From positions 1-34,804 of the forward strand of contig CAVAFS010000249.1 in NCBI GenBank assembly GCA_963587975.1: 34,804 nucleotides of DNA. The letters are read 5' to 3'. The translations under genes and the position numbers were made by a program. The notes under the pieces were generated by a model that saw only the letters and a list, made by a program, of their open reading frames with translations, was not told the DNA's origin and ran no database searches. This document shows, piece by piece, positions 27,855 to 34,804 of this stretch (position 1 is the stretch's first letter; each line of letters opens with the position of its first letter). This stretch comes from Bulleidia sp. Its GTDB lineage: Bacteria > Bacillota > Clostridia > Lachnospirales > Lachnospiraceae.

Positions 27855-29125
27855 TATTTGCCACCTGCCTTAACAATATATTCCCCGCTGTCAAGAACTC
27901 CATCCGGATAGTCTTCCGGTGTTGTCACACCAGCAATTGCTGTATTTTTACCAATCTTTACATTTGGCGGAATCACGGATTTCTCTCCGATGGTTACAAG
28001 GCCAAACGCATAAACGCTTTCTTTTAACTTGTTCGGTTTCTCTTCGCCGATACCAAGTCCAGCGCCGTCGCCAACCACGCAGTCCTCTGCAATGATTGCC
28101 TTGTCGATCACGACATTTTCTCCGATGGTTACGCCTTCCATAATAATAGAGTCGCGGACAATGCTTCCTTTTCCGATGGTTACATTTGCTCCGATCACAC
28201 ATCCATGCACTTCACCGTAAACCTCAGTGCCCTCGCCGATGATACTCTTGTCCACTTTTGCGTCAGCCGCAATATACTGCGGAGCAAGTACATCACTCTT
28301 CGTATAGATCTTCCAGTATTCCTCATACAGGTTAAATTCCGGAATCAGGTCGATCAGCTCCATATTTGCTTCCCAGTAAGAACCTAAAGTTCCTACATCT
28401 TTCCAGTATCCGTTGTACTCGTAGGCAAAAATACGCTCACCTTTGTCGAAGCAATACGGAATTACATGCATACCGAAATCACAGTTCTCTACATCCTCAT
28501 TGGCGATCAGGGCTTCTTTTAACGCTTTCCAGCTGAAAATATAGATACCCATGGATGCAAGGTTGCTCTTCGGCTCTGCCGGTTTCTCCTGGAATTCACG
28601 GATTCTGTGCTCCTCATCTGCCACGACGATACCGAAACGGCTGGCCTCTTCCATCGGAACTGGCATAACTGCAATGGTAACATCTGCGTGATTCTGCTTA
28701 TGGAAATCAAGCATCACTTCATAATCCATCTTGTAAATATGATCACCGGACAGGATCAGGACATATTCCGGATCATAACTGTCTATGTACTTCATATTCT
28801 GGTAAATCGCATTCGCCGTACCGGAATACCATTCACTTCCGCCGCTCTTCTCATACGGCTGAAGAATCGTAACACCACCATTATTACGATCCAGATCCCA
28901 CGGAATACCAATACCGATATGCGTATTCAGCCGAAGTGGCTGATACTGTGTCAGAACACCTACAGTATCGATTCCGGAATTAATACAGTTACTGAGCGGA
29001 AAATCGATAATACGATATTTGCCTCCGAATGCAACAGCCGGTTTTGCAACATTTGCGGTCAATACGCCAAGTCGGCTTCCCTGTCCGCCGGCCAGAAGCA
29101 TTGCAATCATTTCCTTTCGAATCAT
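27854..29125 (-). CDS. glgC: Glucose-1-phosphate adenylyltransferase catalytic subunit GlgC
   Basis: [65 protein letters not shown]; start at 29125 (RBS GAGGTG). Confidence 0.96.
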   Translation of the reverse strand: MIRKEMIAMLLAGGQGSRLGVLTANVAKPAVAFGGKYRIIDFPLSNCINSGIDTVGVLTQYQPLRLNTHIGIGIPWDLDRNNGGVTILQPYEKSGGSEWYSGTANAIYQNMKYIDSYDPEYVLILSGDHIYKMDYEVMLDFHKQNHADVTIAVMPVPMEEASRFGIVVADEEHRIREFQEKPAEPKSNLASMGIYIFSWKALKEALIANEDVENCDFGMHVIPYCFDKGERIFAYEYNGYWKDVGTLGSYWEANMELIDLIPEFNLYEEYWKIYTKSDVLAPQYIAADAKVDKSIIGEGTEVYGEVHGCVIGANVTIGKGSIVRDSIIMEGVTIGENVVIDKAIIAEDCVVGDGAGLGIGEEKPNKLKESVYAFGLVTIGEKSVIPPNVKIGKNTAIAGVTTPEDYPDGVLDSGEYIVKAGGK

Positions 29126-29202
29126 GTAAATCACCTCTTGTCAATAACGGCAAAATATTTTGTGAGTCAAACCGTTATCTATAAATTAAATTTGATAGCA
29201 AA

Positions 29203-29231
29203 ATTATAACATATTTTTCCGAATGTGTGCA
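29203..29231 (-). promoter_or_regulatory. Extended -10 promoter of glgC-glgD-spoVG
   Basis: TG-T-TATAAT (29203-29211); weak -35. Confidence 0.55.
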
Positions 29232-29268
29232 CTATATTTCACAATTTTCCCAAAAATTATAGGGATTT

Positions 29269-29275
29269 TTCGACA
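29269..29275 (-). promoter_or_regulatory. Candidate Spo0A box
   Basis: Exact TGTCGAA on the minus strand, upstream of the glgC promoter. Confidence 0.45.
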
Positions 29276-29339
29276 TTTTTCACAACGCTTGGTCTGACCA
29301 CTATTTCCCCCGGAAGCACAACTTTTCCCTGCCGTGACA

Positions 29340-29368
29340 TTGCCAAGTTTTCCACAATGGAGTATAAT
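29340..29368 (+). promoter_or_regulatory. Promoter of murC
   Basis: TTGCCA-N17-TATAAT. Confidence 0.8.
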
Positions 29369-29422
29369 GTGCTAAAGTAATAAGGAAGAAAAAAGATTCA
29401 AATATACAGGTGGTAAATTATT

Positions 29423-30805
29423 ATGTACAAAATCGATTTTGAAAAACCAATTCACATTCATTTTATAGGTATCGGCGGTATCAGCATGAGCGGTCTTGCC
29501 GAGATTTTATTAAAGGAAGGATTTACCGTATCCGGTTCTGACAACAAGGCATCCGCCCTGACCGAACAGCTGGAAAAAAATGGCGCAACCATCTACATCG
29601 GACAGCGTGCAGCCAATATCCAGCCAGGCATTGAGCTTGTGGTTTATACCGCAGCCATCCATCCGGGCAACGCCGAGTGGAAAGCAGCCCATGATGCCGG
29701 AATTCCGATGCTGACCCGCGCAGAATTTCTCGGACAGCTTATGGACAACTATGCAAAATCCATCGCTGTCAGTGGAACCCACGGGAAAACGACTACAACA
29801 TCCATGATCTCACACGTTCTTCTGGCTGCAAAAAGCGATCCGACCATTTCCGTGGGCGGTATGCTGGATGCCATCGGTGGAAATATCCGTGTCGGAGGAT
29901 CCGATGTATTTCTGACAGAAGCCTGTGAATACACAAACAGTTTCCTGAACTTCCATCCGCGATACAGTATCATCCTGAATATTGAAGAAGATCATCTGGA
30001 CTTTTTCAAAGATATTAACGACATCCGGAATTCTTTCCATAAATTTGCACAGAACACAGCCGCTGACGGCGTGCTGATCCTGAACGCTGCTATTGATCAT
30101 CCGGAAGAAATTACCGCAGACTTAAAGGAACGTGTCGTTACTTTCGGTCTGACAGAGGACGCAGATTATACCGCAACCGATATTTCTTATAATGAAGCTG
30201 CATGTGCATCCTTTACCTTCAACGTACACGGCGAAGCGACCGGACACGTATCCTTAAACGTTCCGGGTAAACATAACATTGCAAATGCCCTGGCTGCCAT
30301 TGCCTTTGCCACAGAAGCAGGCATCGACAACGACACCATCATCCGTGGATTACAGGCCTTTGGCGGAACAGCCAGACGATTCGAATACAAAGGAAAACTC
30401 GGCGGCATCACCATCATTGATGATTACGCCCATCATCCGACAGAGATTGCGGCTACTTTAACTGCTGCCCGCAATTACCCGCATGACCGGATTATCTGCA
30501 TTTTCCAGCCGCATACTTACACACGTACAAAAGCCTTCTGGAATCAGTTTTCCGATGCACTTTCCCTGGCAGATGTTGTTGTGCTGGCAGATGTCTACGC
30601 AGCCCGTGAAACAGACACCCTTGGTATCCATATGGAAGATCTGGCAGACGATATCCGCAAAAAAGGCACCGAGAGTTACTTTTTCCCGTCCTTTGATGCC
30701 ATTGAAAATTACCTGCTGGAGACATGTACCGACAACGACCTGTTGATAACTATGGGCGCCGGCGATATTTATCAGGTGGGTGAGCATCTTCTCGGAAAAC
30801 GCTAG
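29423..30805 (+). CDS. murC: UDP-N-acetylmuramate--L-alanine ligase
   Basis: IHFIGIGGISMSGLA, GTHGKTTTT, EACEY, DDYAHHPTEI, FQPHTYTRT, TMGAGDI. Confidence 0.98.
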   Translation: MYKIDFEKPIHIHFIGIGGISMSGLAEILLKEGFTVSGSDNKASALTEQLEKNGATIYIGQRAANIQPGIELVVYTAAIHPGNAEWKAAHDAGIPMLTRAEFLGQLMDNYAKSIAVSGTHGKTTTTSMISHVLLAAKSDPTISVGGMLDAIGGNIRVGGSDVFLTEACEYTNSFLNFHPRYSIILNIEEDHLDFFKDINDIRNSFHKFAQNTAADGVLILNAAIDHPEEITADLKERVVTFGLTEDADYTATDISYNEAACASFTFNVHGEATGHVSLNVPGKHNIANALAAIAFATEAGIDNDTIIRGLQAFGGTARRFEYKGKLGGITIIDDYAHHPTEIAATLTAARNYPHDRIICIFQPHTYTRTKAFWNQFSDALSLADVVVLADVYAARETDTLGIHMEDLADDIRKKGTESYFFPSFDAIENYLLETCTDNDLLITMGAGDIYQVGEHLLGKR

Positions 30806-30911
30806 GGCCTCCTGTTTCCTGAATAAATTTCAAGTACATGTAATACCCGCGTACAGTTCCAAGCAGCGTACGCCAACATATTTTCTCAGATAATTGAAGT
30901 AAAATGTTATG

Positions 30912-30956
30912 TTATCCACATTGCAGCATTCTTCCGGAAGACTGTGATGTGGATAT
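30912..30956. promoter_or_regulatory. Pair of DnaA boxes upstream of the DnaD-domain gene
   Basis: TTATCCACA (30912-30920, perfect) and inverted TGTGGATAT (30948-30956, 1 mismatch); extended -10 TG-A-TATACT at 30984-30992. Confidence 0.65.
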
Positions 30957-31017
30957 CTTTTTCTTCTCTTTTTGAGGGCAATATGATATACTTCAAGGCG
31001 AAAGAGAGAGTGCAATT

Positions 31018-32217
31018 ATGGCAAAAATCACGTTATACAATGACGCATCGGCATCCGCTACTTTCGTGCCGAATATTTTTATTGACCAATACATGACACA
31101 GGCAAACGGCGAGTACGTCAAGATCTATCTTTACCTGCTCCGCTGTATGAATCAGACCGATTCTGATTTTTCCCTCTCCCGGCTGGCCGATCATTTCGAC
31201 TGCACCGAGAGAGATATTTTGCGTGCCTTAAAATACTGGGAAAAGCTGCGGCTGTTCCGCCTGGATTTTGATGACAGCCAGAATCTGGCTGGGATTCATC
31301 TGCTCTCAGATGCTTATCTCCCTTCTCAGGGAAATGGCAGACAATCTGCAGCGCAGACGGAAAATAACGGCAATGTTTCCCAAAACAGACCTGGTTATTC
31401 TGAGGCAGTTTTCCAAGCATCTGCTTCTACGGCTTCTGATCAGGCATCCGCAGGAAGCAGTACGAAACCAGCCAGCGTCACAGACCAGTTTATCCGTTCC
31501 GCCAGTCCCAAAAAGCAGGTGCAGTATTCTGTCAACGACATGATGGAGTTCAGCAAACGTCAGGGCGTTCGCGAACTGATCTTTATCACCGAAAAATATC
31601 TTGGACGAACCCTGAACCAGACCGATCTGAACATGATTTTTTACTGGTATGATGAATTGCAGCTTTCCACAGAACTTATTGAATATTTAATAGAAGACAG
31701 TGTCTCAAAAGGGCACACAAGCCTTCATTATATGCAAAAAATAGCGGAAGATTTCGCAGAGCGAAAGATTCACACAGTTTCGGAAGCCAAAGAAGTGCTG
31801 AGTCAGGACAGCATCCTGTACCACACCGTCATGAAAGCCTTCGGCATCCGCGGCCGCAATCTGGTGCCTTCCGAGACCGCTTTTTTGAAGCAGTGGAGCC
31901 TGCAGAAAGGATTTTCCACGGAACTGATCGAGGAGGCCTGCAACCGCACCATCCGCGCCATTCACGAAGCAAGCTTCGGATATGCCAACTCTATTCTGGA
32001 AAAATGGCATATGAATGGCGTCCGCACGATGGAGGATGTACGCAAAGCAGACGAGGCTTATCAGCAGAATCAGAAAGGCCGTTCCGAACGGTCAAATCCG
32101 GCTTCTGCTTCCCAGAGCCAGTTCACGAACTTCAAACAGCGGGAAAATAACTACAACGATCTGCAGCAGCAGCTTTTGAAAAAATCACTGCAGCAGACAC
32201 CAACCTCGAACTCATAA
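31018..32217 (+). CDS. DnaD/DnaB-domain replication initiation protein
   Basis: VPNIFIDQYM..ANGEYVKIYLYLL winged helix; two DnaB_2-like domains (YMQKIAEDFAERKIHT; YANSILEKWHMNGVRT). Confidence 0.9.
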   Translation: MAKITLYNDASASATFVPNIFIDQYMTQANGEYVKIYLYLLRCMNQTDSDFSLSRLADHFDCTERDILRALKYWEKLRLFRLDFDDSQNLAGIHLLSDAYLPSQGNGRQSAAQTENNGNVSQNRPGYSEAVFQASASTASDQASAGSSTKPASVTDQFIRSASPKKQVQYSVNDMMEFSKRQGVRELIFITEKYLGRTLNQTDLNMIFYWYDELQLSTELIEYLIEDSVSKGHTSLHYMQKIAEDFAERKIHTVSEAKEVLSQDSILYHTVMKAFGIRGRNLVPSETAFLKQWSLQKGFSTELIEEACNRTIRAIHEASFGYANSILEKWHMNGVRTMEDVRKADEAYQQNQKGRSERSNPASASQSQFTNFKQRENNYNDLQQQLLKKSLQQTPTSNS

Positions 32218-32235
32218 TGTAATCAGGAGGATATT

Positions 32236-33222
32236 ATGCCACTTACCAATACACAATACGATCAGATCATGCGCGGCTATCAGGACCGACAGTTAGAACG
32301 CCAGCGTCTGATCGACACACGCCGGGAAGAGATTGCCGCAACAATCCCGGAAATCGCAAAACTGGATGCCGACATTGCATCCTTAAGTGTCAAACGTGCC
32401 CGGCAACTGTTGGACGGTGATGCATCCGCACTGGAAGACCTGCACGAACAGATTCAGGCTCTCTCCCTGCAGAAACAGCAGCTTTTGCAGACCCATGGTT
32501 ACCCGGCAGACTATTTTCAGCCGCCGTACACCTGCCCGGACTGTCAGGACACCGGATACATCGGCCATGAGCGCTGCCACTGCCTGAAGCAGGCAGCCAT
32601 CGACCTTGTATACACCCAGTCCAATCTGAAGGGCATTCTGGAACAGGAAAATTTTGCTTCTTTTTCCATGGATTACTACGATAACGATATTTACGACGAA
32701 AACACACGGATTTCTTCCTATGAGGCTGCGCAGAACGCGCTGCTGCAGTGCCGCCGTTTTGTAGACACCTTCGACAGCAGTTTTGAAAACCTGCTTCTTT
32801 TTGGCGACACCGGCGTAGGAAAAACATTTCTGTCCAACTGCGTAGCCAAAGAGCTCCTGGACACCGGACATTCCGTAATCTATTTTTCCGCGCATCATCT
32901 GTTTGACCTTCTGGCACAGAAGACCTTTACCAAAGATCCGCAGGCAGCGGAGAGCTATCGCAATATTTTTGACTGTGATCTGCTGATTATTGATGACCTT
33001 GGCACAGAGCTGTCGAACCATTTCACAACTTCCCAGTTTTTTGTATGCCTGAATGAGCGGATCCGCAAGGAGAAATCCACACTGATCTCCACGAACCTGC
33101 AGCTGTTTGACATCGCGACGATTTATTCGGAACGAATCTTCTCCCGGATCTCCAACAGCTTCACAATTTTGCATTTATTCGGCAAAGACATCCGTATCTG
33201 CAAAAAACTTGCCGAAAAATAA
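32236..33222 (+). CDS. DnaC/DnaI-family helicase loader ATPase
   Basis: Zn motif CPDCQDTGY...CHC, Walker A GDTGVGKT, Walker B LLIIDDLG, LISTNL, RIFSRI, GKDIR. Confidence 0.92.
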   Translation: MPLTNTQYDQIMRGYQDRQLERQRLIDTRREEIAATIPEIAKLDADIASLSVKRARQLLDGDASALEDLHEQIQALSLQKQQLLQTHGYPADYFQPPYTCPDCQDTGYIGHERCHCLKQAAIDLVYTQSNLKGILEQENFASFSMDYYDNDIYDENTRISSYEAAQNALLQCRRFVDTFDSSFENLLLFGDTGVGKTFLSNCVAKELLDTGHSVIYFSAHHLFDLLAQKTFTKDPQAAESYRNIFDCDLLIIDDLGTELSNHFTTSQFFVCLNERIRKEKSTLISTNLQLFDIATIYSERIFSRISNSFTILHLFGKDIRICKKLAEK

Positions 33223-33272
33223 GGTTTTTTTTTCAGTTAAACTGGTTAATTCTCTGTATCGGAAGAAATCCC

Positions 33273-33302
33273 TTGTCACAGGTGGGGATTCAGTGCTATA
33301 AT
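33273..33302 (+). promoter_or_regulatory. Promoter of prs
   Basis: TTGTCA-N18-TATAAT with TG extension. Confidence 0.75.
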
Positions 33303-33352
33303 GCCATCGTATTTATAAACAAACGAAAAGATTTGATGGAGGAACTTTTCTA

Positions 33353-34543
33353 ATGCATAACGACCAGAGAAACTTAGAAACAATCCCGGCTGGTACTCTC
33401 GGAATCATTCCACTTGAAAGCATCAGCGAGATCGGTGAAAAGGTAGACAAATACCTTGTAAAATGGAGATGTGTCCGCGAGCATGAGCACGAGGATGACA
33501 TTGCTTTCCAGGGATATCTTCGCGATTCCTATATTCTTAAGGCATCCTGCCCGCGTTTCGGTAGCGGTGAAGCAAAAGGTATCATTAACGAATCTGTACG
33601 CGGATATGACCTTTATATCATGACAGATGTTACAAACTATTCCCTGACATACAAACTCTGTGGACATGAAAACCATATGTCACCGGATGATCACTATCAG
33701 GATCTGAAACGTATGATTGCAGCAGCCAACGGTAAAGCAAGAAGAATCACCGTTATCATGCCGTTCCTGTATGAGAGCCGTCAGCACAGACGTACCGCAA
33801 GAGAGTCTATGGACTGCGCAATGGCACTTCAGGAGCTGATCAGCATGGGGGTTGACAATATCATCACCTTCGATGCACATGATCCTCGTGTACAGAACGC
33901 AATTCCGCTTCACGGATTTGATACCGTTCAGCCGGCTTACCAGTTCGTAAAAGGTATCCTGAACAACGTAGATGACCTTAAAATCGACAATGACCATCTG
34001 ATGATCATCAGCCCGGATGAGGGTGCTACAAGCCGTGCCGTATTCCTTGCCAGCGTACTTGGCGTAGACATGGGTATGTTCTACAAACGTCGTGATTACA
34101 GCCACATCGTAGACGGTACAAACCCGATCGTCGCTCACGAGTTCCTTGGTTCTTCTCTGGACGGCAAAGATGTATGGGTTGTTGATGACATGATCTCTTC
34201 CGGCGGAAGTATGATCGATGTTGCCCGCGAGTTGAAGAAACGTAACGCAGGCAGAATCTTCGTAATTGCTACATTTGGTCTGTTCACAAACGGTCTTGAG
34301 AAATTCGACAAAGCTGTAGAGGAAGGCCTGATCTACAAAGTGGTTACAACAAACCTTGCATATCAGACACCGGAGCTCTTAAGCAGAGATTACTACATCA
34401 GCTGCGACATGAGCAAATACATTGCATACATCATCGATACTTTAAATCATGATGCATCCATCAGTGATCTGCTTGATCCATATCAGAGAATCCAGACACT
34501 GGTTGCAACATACAAAGGTGAGATTCCTGCAGACGAGGAGTAA
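33353..34543 (+). CDS. prs: Ribose-phosphate pyrophosphokinase (long, divergent subfamily)
   Basis: RFGSGE, ESVRGYD, ARRITVIMPFLYESRQH, SPDEG, YKRR, PRPP loop VVDDMISSGGS, ATFGLF. Confidence 0.92.
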   Translation: MHNDQRNLETIPAGTLGIIPLESISEIGEKVDKYLVKWRCVREHEHEDDIAFQGYLRDSYILKASCPRFGSGEAKGIINESVRGYDLYIMTDVTNYSLTYKLCGHENHMSPDDHYQDLKRMIAAANGKARRITVIMPFLYESRQHRRTARESMDCAMALQELISMGVDNIITFDAHDPRVQNAIPLHGFDTVQPAYQFVKGILNNVDDLKIDNDHLMIISPDEGATSRAVFLASVLGVDMGMFYKRRDYSHIVDGTNPIVAHEFLGSSLDGKDVWVVDDMISSGGSMIDVARELKKRNAGRIFVIATFGLFTNGLEKFDKAVEEGLIYKVVTTNLAYQTPELLSRDYYISCDMSKYIAYIIDTLNHDASISDLLDPYQRIQTLVATYKGEIPADEE

Positions 34544-34562
34544 GTTTCCAATCGTGACATAC

Positions 34563-34603
34563 AAAGAGCGTCAGCTGATCAAATCAGTCCGGCGCTCTTT
34601 TTT
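34563..34603 (+). terminator. Intrinsic terminator of prs
   Basis: AAAGAGCG...CGCTCTTTTTT. Confidence 0.82.
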
Positions 34604-34652
34604 AGTCAAAAGAATATTCGCATTTGAATCAAAAGACTTTCTCAATTTAGTT

Positions 34653-34686
34653 AAAAAAGAAGCATCGGATTTCCGGTGCTTCTTTT
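34653..34686. terminator. Bidirectional terminator after the HPr-family gene
   Basis: AAAAAAGAAGCATCGG...CCGGTGCTTCTTTT. Confidence 0.8.
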
Positions 34687-34727
34687 GAATCATTATACTA
34701 TAAAGTTACCTGTTGATTAGTTATTAG

Positions 34728-34804
34728 TTACATACAGAGCAAAAATTTCTCCATAGCGTTCAGTGCTTCTGTCTCATCTGCACCTTCTGCCTCAATCTCA
34801 ACCT
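34728..34804 (-). CDS. HPr-family phosphocarrier protein, 3' end only (partial)
   Basis: Minus-strand translation VEIEAEGADETEALNAMEKFLLCM-stop matches the HPr C-terminus; not in the ORF track. Confidence 0.8.
   Translation of the reverse strand, partial: VEIEAEGADETEALNAMEKFLLCM

Noticed and set aside
31018..33222. DnaD plus DnaC pair as a prophage replication module
   Set aside because: Flanked by murC and prs with no integrase, repressor or structural genes; fits the chromosomal primosome.
1219..34603. Similarity between terminators at 1219-1265 and 34563-34603 as a repeat family
   Set aside because: Shared sequence is limited to short stem words; not enough to call a REP or MITE.
1..34804. 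CRISPR arrays, tRNA/rRNA, IS elements, defence or toxin-antitoxin genes
   Set aside because: No spaced direct repeats, structural RNA signatures or matching ORFs were seen; intergenic gaps are short and explained by promoters and terminators.

Overview
Chromosomal, mostly housekeeping region of a Bacillota anaerobe. Gene content and protein subfamilies look Lachnospiraceae-like (inference). Left to right: a structured minus-strand leader or ncRNA cut off by the window edge; mecA; a small CxxC DUF1858-type protein; moaA with an upstream uncharacterised 478-aa repeat protein; an RluA pseudouridine synthase; an OmpR-family two-component system; an alpha-glucan utilisation locus (YesN/YesM-type regulator and kinase, membrane-anchored solute-binding protein, lipoprotein SBP, two permeases, malQ); metK; murA; a shikimate-kinase-like gene; a PrsA-like lipoprotein; mfd; pth; spoVG; glgD-glgC; divergent murC, DnaD-domain gene, DnaC/DnaI-type loader and prs; and the 3' end of an HPr-family gene. 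No transposase, integrase, phage structural gene, CRISPR array, tRNA or rRNA was seen. Best novelty candidates: (1) a two-gene cassette pairing a lone moaA with a cytoplasmic protein of tandem degenerate molybdopterin-oxidoreductase-like domains; (2) a 76-nt hairpin pairing the SBP ribosome-binding site with the spacer of a probable internal promoter, downstream of a probable three-component sensor; (3) the multi-stem RNA at 73-199; (4) active-site substitutions in the shikimate-kinase-like and PrsA-like proteins. Start codons were reassigned by eye using ribosome-binding sites. All family calls come from motif recognition, not database searches.
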